64,000 nt of DNA from Cenococcum geophilum (taxonomy: Eukaryota), in contig CP158635.1 of assembly GCA_050273025.1 (NCBI GenBank), forward strand, positions 22,320,001-22,384,000, given 5' to 3'. Below, piece after piece: positions 1-13,100 of the stretch. A program made the position numbers and the translations under genes. Below the pieces are notes generated by a model that saw nothing but the letters and a program-made list of their open reading frames with translations, was not told the origin of the DNA and made no database searches. Numbering within the stretch: position 1 is the first letter of the stretch; the number at the start of each line of letters is the position of its first letter.

Positions 1-179
1 CAAGTTTTATAACAATAAAAAAGGCTATATATTTACTCGCTATTATATAAGTTTTTATATTTTCTGCTAGGCAAGGTTTAGCTTAAAATTAAAGCCTTAG
101 TAGTATCGCCCTAGCTATAACTGTATTCGCCAGTAAACCTACGCTAACTCCTTTTTATCTTTTACCCTTAGTAATGTTA

Positions 180-368
180 GGCTTTTTACTAGATTAGAAT
201 AGACCCTAAATTAAAGGATCTTACTATATTTTAGACCTATTATAAAATATATAAATATAAAGTACTTCCTTTTAAACTAACTAATATACTAGCTATATAC
301 TAGCGATATATAAATAATATACTCTTTAACTACCTTAATAACTTCTATGCGGCCTATCTAGATAACAT
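180..368 (+). pseudogene. Isolated Ty3/Gypsy reverse transcriptase fragment (RIP'd)
   Basis: Its reverse complement aligns with ~3430-3618 of the neighbouring Gypsy. De-RIP reading: [59 protein letters not shown]. Confidence 0.75.
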
Positions 369-668
369 CTATCCCTGCGTCGCGAAATATACCCCGTCGC
401 GAAACAAATCTATAGTTTAGATATCTTAAGTCTCCCTACTAGGCGTTTATAAACTTACGGTTAATATATTACTATTCTCTAGATATTTCTCCCTAGAAAA
501 CTAATCTATTTTAAAAAATTACTACGGCGTTGCTTATACTGTCGATTATTTTATTAACGCTATTAATTGCCGCTTTAGCTATACCCCCCTGCTTATTTTA
601 GATTATTAAAGCCTATTTAGATTTAGAGCACTAGGGGAAAGGTTTAATTAAGAAAGAATATGGCTCTA

Positions 669-917
669 TATTAGCGACTTAGTCAATTAAGGCATAAGCA
701 CAGTAAGGAGGACGCATGTGGGCCTATATAATTAGATTGTCTATAAACAAGGATCCAAAGCTAAAGAAAGGAAAGGAGAAGAATAGTAGCGCCGCTCGAA
801 GTTATATGCGGTCCTCTAGTTACGTAACTATAACTGTCTAAAACAGTAGGAAACTATCTGCGATTATCCGCCACAATCCACCGCCATAATCCACCGTTTT
901 CCACCAGCGCCGTAACA
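669..917 (-). repeat. 3' LTR of Gypsy-1
   Basis: Direct repeat of 6579-6827; TA(=TG)TTAG...GTAACA termini; adjacent to the PPT. Confidence 0.95.
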
Positions 918-3900
918 TTACCCCCCCCCCTCTAAAAAAGCTTACCCTTAGGCTTTATATATCCGTATTATGTTCATAGGGTATTCTTATCCTTATGCTT
1001 AATAGGCAGCTTATCGTCTTCGCTATACTAGTACTCCATTTATTTATCTAGGTACTTTAGAGGTCTAGGCTTGTTAGGGTATTAGTTATAGAACTTATTA
1101 AGCTTCTATGGGCAGCCTATAAAGTTCCAGGCGGGGTACTAGGTTTGGTCTAGATTGTAGCCTTTCTATTAGATACGGTATCGTAGCGTCCCTTATACTA
1201 GTTTATAGGCTAATATTTTATTAACTTCCTATTTATTGTCGCCATTAACTTAAATTGGCAGTGGGGGCTTATTCTTTTATCTAGGTAGTAGGTTATTTAC
1301 AGCTTTCTATAGCTTATCTAGTAAGAAGATAGGGTGGACTTTAATTAAGTCTGGGAGCTTAACCTTATACGAGTTACCTATTTTATTAAGGATCTTATAC
1401 AGTCCTACTATCTTATAGTCTAGCTTATAGCTAGGCCGTTTTGTCTTCTAGTTCTTTGTTATAACCCAGGCTATATCACCTACGGTAAAGTTAGGCTCGC
1501 GCCTATACTTATTTGCCTACTATTCTATTAGTTTCTAGGTATTTTTTAGGTTCTTATAGGCTACCGTCTATACTTCTTTTAAGCGTCTAGCATACTGCTG
1601 GGCTTCCTTATAAGATAGTTTTTTACGTACGGTCTATAGCCTTTCCGTTCTTTTCTAGTTAAAGCTTATACAAGGTAAGTATCTTATTTCTAGCTAAATA
1701 GGTGCAAATCCCGTAGAGTTGTGGGGTAGGGTCGCCTGGGCGTAGTTTATTAGGGGTAGTAGTTTGCCCTAGTTATCCTAAAAGTAGTTAATAAAGGGCC
1801 GAAGTTTTTAGTCTAAGTATTAATTTATAATCTCCGTCTAACTATCTATCTGCGGGTAGTATACTATAGAAAGCTTTAACCTAATACTAAGGATCTAGGT
1901 AAGCTTAGTCCAGAAGGCCGATATATACTGCGGCCTGTAATTGGATACAATAGTATCTAGTAGTTTGTAAATTTGGTAAATATAATAGATATATAGTTGG
2001 GCTACCTCCTTAGTATTAATATCCTTATAATAAGGGATTAAAAACGGGCGCTTACTAAAACGGTTAACTAGGATTATAACTGCATTATATCCGTTACGGT
2101 TTGTAGGTAGCTTGTGGAAGTCTATAAAGATATACTACTAGGGGCGTTCTAGTATTAGAAGCGGCTTCAATAGTCCTAGGGTTTTGTCTTGTAGAATTAT
2201 AGACCTATAGTAGTCGTTATAGTTCCGTATATAACGGTTAATATCCGCAACCATTTTAGGCTAGTAGTAGCGGTTGCTAATAATCCTATAGGTCTTATTC
2301 TTTTTAGGGTAGGCTGTAGAGACCTAGGCATCTGCTTTAGTAATAAGCTAAGTCTATAAGTTCTATTCCTCTACTACTACTAGCCGTTCCTAATGCTTAA
2401 GTAGTCCGTCTTTAAGAGACTAAAGGCTAGTAATGTTTTTTGCCTTTTTACGGTACTCTTATAGAGAAGGGGCCGTACGGTTTGCTTATGGTGGTTTATT
2501 AATAAGGTTAAGTTCTATGGAGTTAATAGGATATATCTTAGCGTCTAGGGGGTCCGTATTTAGTTCTACCCGTATTTAGGGGTTAAGGCATTCTAGTTGT
2601 AGTAGCGTCTAAGTCTATAATAAGATCTTTATAGCTGCCTGGTTATTTAGGTCCTATTTACGCCTTATAAAAGCATCCGCACGGTTAGTAGTACCTAGCC
2701 TATATATAATTAAGAAGTTAAACTGAGATAGAACCTCCGCCTAGCGTGCCTACTGGGCTATAAGGGCCTTAGTTATTATAAAATATTCTAGGGCCTTATA
2801 ATCCGAAATTACTTAAATAAGCTTAGGGGCTCCTTTTAACTGTATTCGCTAGTATAGAAAGCTAGAGATAATAGCTAGCATCTCTTTGTTATGGATTAGG
2901 TAGTTTAGCTTAGCATCTACTATAGTCTTTAAATAGTAAGTAATGGGGTGCTATTCTCCGTCTAGCTGCTTCTGGGAGTAAACGCTAGCTATTGCACCAT
3001 CTAAGGCGTTAGTTTTTAGTATTAAGGGCCGTTTTGGGTGAAATGGGCGAGTATAGGAGACTAGCCGCTTTTTAAGCTTATTAAAGGCATATGGCGTTAA
3101 AATAGAAGGGCCGGTCCTTTTTAGTAAGGTAGTTAAGAGGCTAAGCAATCCTGCTGTAGTTCTTTATAAAGCGTTAGTAGAAGTTACAGAATCCTAAAAA
3201 TAACTGCACCCCCTTTACGGTCCGTGGGGGTTCCCACTAGTTAATTACGGCCGTCTTTTCTAGGTCTGCCTTAATTCCGTCTATACTAATAATAAACCCT
3301 AAGTACTTTATCCGCTTAATACTAAATTCTAACTTTTTAATATTAGCCTGGAGGCTAGCTTCCAGGAGCCGTTATAGGACTTTATAGATATACTCCTTAT
3401 ATTCTAATTTATTCTTAAAGTAGATTATAATATTATCTAGGTAGGCTGTGTAGAAGTCGTCGAGGTAGTTAAATAGTATGTTATTTATATATCGCTAATA
3501 TATAGCTAGTCCGTTAGTTAGTCCGAAAGGAAGTACTTTATATTTATATATTCCGTAATAGGTCTAAAATATAGTAAGATCTTCTAATCTAGGGTCCATC
3601 CTAATCCGGTAAAAAGCCTAACAGATATTAAGTTTTATAAAGATCTTAGCTCCACTTATTTGGGCTAAAGTCTTATTAAGTAAGGGCAGTAGGTAGCGGT
3701 CCTTGCGGGTTATATTATTAAGTTTATAGTAGTTAATGCAGAAACGGAGTCCTCTATTTGGCTTTTTAGCAAAGAGAATAGGTAAGTTAAAAGGGGCTTA
3801 ACTAGGCTTAATAAAGCCCTTATCTAGGTTATTTATAAGGTGCTACTTTATAGCCTATAATTTAGCAGTAGACTGTTAACGAAGGGGGCTATAGCTAAGC

Positions 3901-5074
3901 GTGTCTTCCTTACCTAGCTCAATCTTAATCTTATAGTCGTACGGTCGGTAAGGCGGGAGTATATTAGATACTACCTTAGAGAATACGTCCTTAAATTTCT
4001 AGTGTTAATAGGGTAGTTTCTATTCTACTAGCTCCTTATCCATAAGCTTATTTTTCTATTTACTAAGCTCACTTTTCTTTTCCTTAATAATCCGATTAAT
4101 CTTATATAAGCTAGTGGTAAAGGCAATAGTATTAGGTTAGACCAAGTTTTGGTAGAATCCTACGGCGCTAATGCAGCAGATATTAATTAGTGGGAGGTCT
4201 ATAGGTTTCTTTACGGACCTTTATTAGGTCGTATTTTGCGGTATAAGGTTTATAATTTTCCTTAGCTTATATTCTATTTTCCGTAAGTTGTCCTTCTAGT
4301 CTATTAGTTTAGTATAGCGTTTAGTATTCCTAGCCTTCCATTAGGGCTGCGTAGGGCCTAAGTTCTCTATAGGGGACTTAGGTAGGTTAGTACTAACTTC
4401 CTACGTCTTTAGTGCGGGTAGCGTGGTATAGGTAACCTAGGGGCGGCGTAGTATACGGATCCTTTAACGATTAAGCTGTATATCCTTCTTAAAAGCCTAG
4501 TCCCTATATATTGCATCAGCTTAGTAAACGGTGTTTATTTATAGCTATATAAGGTTCTCTATTATAATACTAATTTCTTTTATAAAGGAAGGGTTAGGGG
4601 TAAGGTTTTGGGCTAGATAAGCCGCCTACTCTGTATGTTAAGCTGTAAGCCTAAATAGGCTAGCCATTTTCTCTCTAAGATTATATTGTGGTTTCCTAGG
4701 TCCGTAATAAGAAAGGGGACGTTATACTACCTTCGTCCGTTAATGCGAAGGTAAATCCGTAAGATAGTCTTAATAGGTAGACCTATTTATCCGTTATACC
4801 CGCAAATAGAAATAAGTTTAGGCAGTTCTTTAATGGGTGTATTTAAAAAGGTAGCTAGCTTTACGGTACACTGGGTATCTATTAAAGTAAAGGCATTTAC
4901 TCCAGAGTTAGCTAAAGTAGAGGTTAAAACTTAATATCTATTGCGGAATAAAGTATAAGGGATAGTGCAGCTTCTTTTACTAACTAGCCGACCTAGATCG
5001 ACATGTAATATATCGATCCCTTTTAACCCTAGAGAGGAGTTTTCCTCTAGGGTTCCTCTTTTTCCGACTTTATA

Positions 5075-5319
5075 TGTAAGCTTTGCAGTGTGTGAAATGG
5101 AATGAACAACTTGATTGTAAATGTAGCTCTAAAGTCTCTATATATACACGAAGAAGGTGGAGGTAATAAGACATGATGGGGTAATAGGTAACTGAAATGG
5201 GAACAGTGATCTGCAAGCAATATTGATCTGCGATCAATATATAGGGTGGCGTTGACGCTGTCTTGGAGCCTTCCAAGCGGTGATCTTGTGTCTCAGCACA
5301 GTGTCGGTAGTCGGTTACA
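5075..5319. mobile_element. Solo LTR (245 bp) inserted in Gypsy-1, essentially free of RIP
   Basis: TGTAA...TTACA inverted termini. TSD TTATA at 5070-5074 and 5320-5324. Abundant TG/CA dinucleotides, unlike its flanks. Confidence 0.88.
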
Positions 5320-6578
5320 TTATATTATCCTCCTAAATTAATAGGACCTCGTTTATCTTTGCCGCTATTAGGTAGTCCTTTATAAAGTAGTCTTTTTAGC
5401 CGTATAAAAAGCAAGCTTCTTAATTGCTAAGGGCTTATTTATGGGGGTTATTATAAGTAAGCTAAGTATATACCGGGCCCGTAGTAGGGCTAGCTATATA
5501 ATTAACGACAGGCTAAACAGTTAGTGCTATGGGAGTTGCGGCCCATATAGGGGTACTATTGGCTATTCTTATAATGCTTGCGGTCTGGTTTAAAGAGTTC
5601 CTAGCTTTATACCACTCGGCATATACCTTAATTTAATAGAGGCCTTAGTTAATAGCCAGATAGTAGTCTGTAATTACCTTTAGCATCTATATAGTAGTAA
5701 AAACTGGCAGTATAGCGCGCTATAGGTAAGCTTGTTAAAGAGGTCTGGCAGTAGGTCTTTATAGGGAATTTAGGCTTAGCCGGCTAAGTATAGAAAGCGG
5801 GTCTAAAAGGCTAAAAAGGTCTCCGTTGTTTTTATATTTAGGCTTTTATAATTAAGGCGGGCGTTCTATACCTTAAAGGGGCCCTTATAAATAGAAGATA
5901 GGTAATTAATTATCTCTTCTTCTAAGACGAAAGGGTCTGCTAAGTCTACAGCATATCGCGGACGTAGGTGCGTCTAGGCGTCTCCGCCCATGCGGCTAAA
6001 GATATAGGCCATCTTGGCTTAGTCGTTAGAGAAGTAATCTTTATTAACTTTAAGCTTATCCCATAGTTAAAGCCTCCAATTATTAAATATAGGGTTGGTC
6101 CCGTCTATAAGTAATAGGGGGTTCACAACCTTCGCGGATCTTAATAGTGTGGTATATTAGGCTAGGGCCTTAAGGATTGTAGCAAGTCTGTTTAATAGGT
6201 TATCTTAAAATATAGGGGTGTCTCTAGTTTCGAGCAGTTCTCGTAGCTGTTTAATTTCGGCATTAGCTACCGCAAGTTCCGCCTAGGGGGTTAAAACATT
6301 AATTGTTTCTTTATCTGAGGTATTTACAGGTCCTACAGCTACTTTACCTACTGCTATATTTTGTGGTATAGTAGTAGGGTTTTAGGTAATTCCGGGTAAT
6401 TTCTTTAGGGGTTCTAGTCCGTGCGTATCTTATAGGTTCTTTCCTTAGGGTTCTATTCTTTCCTTATAGTTCTAGTGAAGTCCTTAGGGTCCTATTCTAT
6501 GTCCTCGTCCTTTTTATAGTCCTATAGATATATTTAAGTTCCTTTTTAGGAAGAAAGAGTAGTATAAGCTTTGGATAA

Positions 6579-6827
6579 TATTAGCGACTTAGTTAATTAA
6601 GGCATAAGCATAGTAAGGAGGACGTATGCGGGCCTATATAATTGGATTATCTATAAACGAGGATCTAAAGCTAGAAAAAGGAAAGGAGAAGAATAGTAGC
6701 GCCGCTTGAGGTTATATGCGGTCCTCTAGTTACATAACTACGACTGTCTAAAACAGTAGGAAACTATCTACGATTATCCGCTATAATCCACCACCACAAT
6801 CTACCGTTTTCTACTAGCGCCGTAACA
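6579..6827 (-). repeat. 5' LTR of Gypsy-1
   Basis: Direct repeat of 669-917, followed by TSD CTCTA. Confidence 0.95.
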
Positions 6828-6923
6828 CTCTAAGCTTTATAGAAATTCTGCTTTTAGGAATATATATTCTAGAAGTTTCTTTAGGCGGAGGAGAATACCT
6901 CTATAGTGGCGAGATATTATAGC

Positions 6924-7140
6924 TATAAGGGGACTTTATAGATAGGGGGCTATAAGGACACGATTGTAAAATAGAATAAATTAGTAAGAGAGACAAATCC
7001 TTAAGAAGGTAAGGCCTTAGGGATTATGGAAACTATATACTACGGGTACGTGCCTCTAGTATATAACCGGCAATTATTTAAGGGGCGTCTAGGGGTTGTC
7101 CTAAGGGCAACTTAAGGTGTCCGCAATAATATCCCTTATA
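6924..7140 (-). repeat. 3' LTR of Gypsy-2
   Basis: TATAAGGG...CCCTTATA (RIP'd TGTAAGGG...CCCTTACA) termini; direct repeat of 15534-15735. Confidence 0.9.
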
Positions 7141-10100
7141 TTACTCCCCCCCCTTCTTACGGTTAGCCCCTAATCGCTATTACCTTATAGTAGGGAGATT
7201 ATAAGGGCTTATCCCAGAAAGAGTTTAGAGAGATATTAAAGAGATATTAGTATACTACTGTATATTATCTATCTATCCAACCCCTGCTTTAACCCCCTAA
7301 AAAACCTTAATAAGGAAAAATCATAACTAGAGAAAAGACGTAAGGATTACTAAAAGACCTATTAGAAGTATACTAGTAACTACCTAAGCTAATATAGGGA
7401 TTTTTATATAACTTTACTTTTAAGCCTTTATGCCGGTCTGTAATTAATTATAAGTATTATAGGTAATTTAGTGTTCTAGTATAGTTCTATAAAACCTTTT
7501 AGTATAAATTTTAACGTATAGAGCCTTGGCTCGCTATTGTCTTTAACTATTAAGATATAATCTATAATCGTTTTATATAATCCTCTACATTACCAATATA
7601 TTGTTCCTATATCTGCCCTTAGGCTATTAGATATAGTTAAGGTATTAATTAGTTAATTAAGGAGACTTATCTTCTAAGATTTATGCATATGCTTTTAAAT
7701 CTAATAGTCTTATACCGTATATTTGGCATAGCTCTACTACTTAGTAAATAGGAGGGACCCTTTATAATAGCACCTATAGCTATTATATAATTATTAAAAA
7801 CGTCTATAATATTATTCTTTAATACTATAATATTGTTTTAGGTATAATTTAACCTATATACGTCTTTAATTAACGTCTTAATTACCCCCCCCCCTAGCCG
7901 CGTTATTAGTTTTTATAAGGAAGTAATAGCTAGATAGCTTATACGCGTATTTCCTTTCTTCTAAATAGCGCTATTATAACGGAGTTACATTAATAAGGTT
8001 GTGGCTATTTACTAAAAGGGTATTAGAAGGTAAAGTATAAAGACACCTTACTTATTAAGCTTAATCCTTTTCCTTAACACCTTACTTCCCATTATTAACC
8101 TTTGTCCAATTTTAGACGTATCTTTAATATATTATTAAGATTTTCTTTTTTTTATTAATAATTTAATATGCCCCTTCGTTCTCCTACTAACTGCTTTTTT
8201 AAGTAAATTCCATAGCGTATCCTAGCCCTACCTTTATATATAGAACACTAACCTCCACTAACCTATAACTAGTGCTAGTTCTACCTAAATAATTTTACCT
8301 ATACGTCTTTAAAAGATCAGAAATCTAATAATAGGATTCTAAAAGCTTATAATAAGACGCACTATATTAAATCTAATACCTTTAGTCCTTATAATTAATA
8401 TATACGTACTAAGAGTGGCAGTTATATTAAGGTAAGCTTTTCTATCCTTAATAGATTTCTATTACTAACTTTAAGCTTTAATAGCCTGGGCCTAAGTAGC
8501 GACGTTCCTTTAATATTCTTAACTACTATATTACTCGGGCTCTTTCCTATTTAAGCGCTAATATTAAACGTCTAGGTTAAATTTAAGACTATACTGCGGC
8601 TATTTATACTGCCTATAATTCCTAGTAAGCTAGCTAGTAACGCTTAATATAAGAGTAAGGTTAGTATATTAAGGATAGGGTAAGGGATAGGGGTAATAAG
8701 AAGAAGGTTGCCGTCTACTATAAAAGGGAGTTTGTGTATACGCGTTAAGTTTTAAAAGAGCATAATATAATATATTATTAGGTAGGTTACCCTTTAGGTA
8801 CCTAGCGGATAGGTAACTAATAGTTGCTATAGTAAGGTCTTAGTAATTCTGGTTTATACTAGCCAGCTAACATCTCTATTTATTCTGGGCTTAAGCATAT
8901 CTTTATTAACTATAAGCTTATGCTATAAGAGCTTTATTAGTATTGGTTTAGACCTAATATTAGTGTTAAGCGTTTAAGGATCTTTACCCTAGCTATACCT
9001 TATCATCTTACCCCTATTTTTATGCCTACTTATACCCCTACTAAGGGGTCTAGATCCTATTTTTATTAGCTATTACTTAGTAGCCTAATAGATACTAATC
9101 CTGCTCCTAAGGATAAGGCATAGTAGCTTTTTAGATTAGGTATTTGGGATTTATTTTTATATATAGTAGTAATTAAGGACCTTAATTAAGGTACTTAAGA
9201 AGGCCTTAGAAGGCTTTTAAAAAGGGCTTAGGAGCCCTAGGAATAATATTTTTGCTATAGATTAATTAATAAGAATATAATTCTAGCAAAATGCCCTATT
9301 AATTCTATACTATATACGTAAAAAGGCTAAGGACCTATTCTACCTTAGGCTGTAGCCCTATCCCTATAGTTTCTAGAGCCTATCCGTTCTATATTTAATT
9401 TAACCTATTTACTCTTTAGGGCCTTTTACGGCCTACTATAAGCTTTTTTTATAGGTTGTGATAATACTATAGTATTAGAGCGCTTTCTGTAATTTATAGA
9501 TTATAGACCTTAGTCCTAATATTCTTTTAAAATATCTTTATAATAATTAAGGTAATCTTCTAGTTTCTATATAGAGTTCTTAGCGGGCTAGCCTAGCTAT
9601 TTAACTTTATATTAAAGCTTGTTTTTAATAGATTTATAGTATAGTATAGCTTTAACCTTATACCGCTCGCCTACTACCTTAAGGTGTTTAATTAGGCCTA
9701 AATAGAAGTTCTTTTCTAGCGGTGGTTTATGCTATAGCTCTAGTAGGTTTATATAAAACACTAAATATATATAGGCTAGAGATAGTAGGCTAACTTATTA
9801 ATTTATTCCTTAATTTAGAAGGGACCTAGGTATCTTATATTAAGCTTCTTTAATAGTTAATAGGTCTTAATATTTGTTAAATATAATAAAACCTCGTCGC
9901 CTACTCTAAAATGCTTATTTTAGTACTTGCGGTTATACTAAAGTCTTTACTACTCTTGGGCATTTTATAGGCTCTACTTTGTATGCTTTTATTACTCCTT
10001 TTATCCCTAGAGGCACCCCTATACTCTTTAGTGGATGTCCTTAGACTTCTTAGTAGGATCCTATAACTAATTATACGGCCTTAGCTAGTAATTATTAGGT

Positions 10101-13100
10101 ATACTATTAAACCTAAATAGTTAGACGCTATAGGTAATCTAAATTGGTATATACTTATATAATATATATTGCTTTAAATTATAAGCGTACTCTACATATA
10201 GAAGTAGCTTACATTAGTTGTCTTACTAGTAGTTTAAATATATTTATAGGTAAGACTCTAATTTCTAGTTCTGGCGTTCTGTTTACCCGTCCATTTATAA
10301 ATAAAAAGCTATACTATAATAGTGGTCTATCTTTAAATAGAAGCATAGGTCTAACTAGTACTAGCTTATAAAAACGCTACCCCTATTAGTAATAATAGAG
10401 TGCGGCTAATCTACTTTAAGAAAGCATTTCTCCTTAATTAGGTTGGTAAGCGCTTATATATTAATTATCCTATTAACAGAAAGGTATTAGACGTACTTTA
10501 AAACCCTATTAATAAGTATAAGGACTAGATTATATATTCGTTCTTAGCTATCTTTAGATAGTAGGAGATCCGTAATAAAGCTTATAGCGTAATATTACTA
10601 TAGCTTACTAGCGGGGGGAACTAATTTAAGTAGACCCTATAGCTTATGCCTACAGATTTTATATACTTAACACTTCTTATAATAGCTAATATACTCCTTT
10701 ACTTCCTAATTAAGCTTTAGCTAATAGTATTTACGCTAAAGTAATTCTACTATTTTTGCTTAACCATAGTAGCCGCCTAGAGGATTATTATAATTCTTTA
10801 TAATAATCTTCTGTTATAGATTTGCTTCTTATAGCACCTAAACCTTATAACCTTTATATAGTAGGCCTATTAGGTTTAGTTCCTAGTAGTAGCGCCTAGT
10901 AGCTTTTTTTCTATTATATTTCTAATCTACTTTTATATTAAAGATAGTATAAGAAGCGTCCCTCTATTACACCTTATAGATAAGATTTATTAACCTTTTA
11001 AATGGTTCCCAGGTAAAAGCTATTTTATTTTATACTACTTTAAGTATAAGACTAGATAGTACTATAGATCTTATAACTCTTTAATACGCGTATATTAGAA
11101 AGGCCGCTATAAAGTTAAAGTCCTTTAATTATTATAGGGCTCCGAGTTCTAATTACTCTATAGCTTTACTATTAGTTTAAGGGGATAGCTTAGTAATTAG
11201 AGATAGTATATTACTAGATTCCGAGAATATATTAGGGACGTCCTATCTAGGTATATTTAGACCCTTATTAGTAACGGACTAGGTACTAGCTAGAATATTA
11301 GTAAAAACTAATAGGGTTTATACTGCCTAAGACTCGGTATATAAAGCTATGGGTACTTAAGTATTCTATACCTAGAGCTTGTTCTATAATATAGAGAGTA
11401 AGATATTTATTATCTATTTTCCTTCTCCTATTTTAAAGCCTTTAGTATAGTCTAGCCATTATAATAGTCTATTAGTAGGGTTATTTCCCCTTAACTTATA
11501 TTTAATCTTAAAATTAAATTATATAAGCTCCTTTGCCTATCTAGCTTATTAAGGTATAAGCTCCTTTATAGTTATAAAGTAGCGTAGATTATAATAATCT
11601 AAGAGTATATAAGTAGTATAGCTCGCGTGCTTAAGGTAATATTGCCACTATTTAAAGCAGTTAACTATAGCTAGTAGTTCCTTATTGTGGGTATAATACC
11701 TAACTTTAAGCCCCTAGAATTTTCTGCTATAAAATATTACTAGTCTTTAGTAGAGCTAGGTAGTGTCCGGATACCTATTAGGTTATAATAAAATAATAAT
11801 AAAGGCAAAATTTAATATATTAGTAACTATTATTAGTAGCTAATATAGGTTAAAATACCGTAGTAATAAAGCTTTTATAAACTTTATATATAGTTTCTAA
11901 AAGGCCTCCTAAACCTTTCTAGGCTATAACTATAGCTAATACTATTTAGTTAGTCCCTTTTTAGTTTTCTTCCTTACCACCTTTAAGCTTTTTGCTTCTT
12001 AGGTTAGGTCTTAAAAAGCTTCCGTAATATAGTTGGATAGGTATTAAATAATGTTTAAGTAGTTATAGATAAAGCGCCTATAGAAATTAGTAAAGCCTAA
12101 GAACACTTAAATATCCTAGTAGCTCTCTAGCTCTAGCTACTCCTAGATCGTCTATACCTATAGGCGTTATAATATAACCTAGAAACTTAACCTACTTAGT
12201 ATTAAAGATATACTTTAATGCCTTAACGTAGAGGCCCTAATTATCTAAACATTCTAGTATTTCGCGGATATATTACTTATACTAATCCTTATCTTCTAAG
12301 TAGATTAGGACATTATCTAAATAAATAATATATATACGGTTAACTAGTCCCCCTAAAGCTCTGTAAATATATAATTGGAATATTATAGGCGTATTAGCTA
12401 GCCCAAAAGGTATTACTAGATACTTAAAGTGGCTATATTAGGTCTTAAAAGCGGTCTTTTACTTATCCCCTTTTTTAATACGGAACCTATAATAGGCGTC
12501 TTATAAATCTAACTTTATAAAGATCTTTACCCTAGATAGTTAATCTAGTATTTTACTAACTAGTAGTAATAGGTAACGGTTCTTAATTATAATCTTATTA
12601 AGACCGTAATAGTTTATATATAGCCTTATAGTTCTATTTAGTTTTAGAATAAAAAGGATTAGCGCGCCTACTAGTAACTTACTAGGCTAGATTTATCCCT
12701 TTTCTAGTAAGCTATTAAGGCACTCCTATAGGATTTTAAGCTCTTTATAAAAGAGGTTATAAATAAGAAGGTTTAGCGGTTATTTACCTTTTTTTAGATT
12801 GTTTATATAATTATATTCTAAGTTCTATAGTAGGACTTCAGCTTATCTACCCAAAAATACCCTTAGTAAGCCCCTTAGGCCTAATGGAATATTTAATAAG
12901 TTAGGGTCGCGTTTATCTTCTATATTATTATTAGGTAGGTCCTAAAGCTCTCTTAGGATGCTTATAGGTAGTATTACGCGCTATAGTAGTTACTTATATA
13001 TAGTTACCACCGTATATTAAACCATTTTATATAATAGCTAGTAAAGGGTAAGGAAATCCTTAATACAGTGTTTAAGGTGCTGTAGTATACTTTTTGTGTA

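Larger units (their letters stand above)
669..6827 (-). mobile_element. Full-length Ty3/Gypsy LTR retrotransposon, RIP-inactivated (Gypsy-1)
   Basis: 249-bp LTRs at 669-917 and 6579-6827. TSD CTCTA at 664-668 and 6828-6832. Polypurine tract (C-run on +) at 918-933. RT motif YLDDFYTAYLDNI on the minus strand at ~3430-3470. Confidence 0.95.

Noticed and set aside
5070..5276. 68-aa ORF in the track
   Set aside because: Lies within the solo LTR and has no coding hallmarks.
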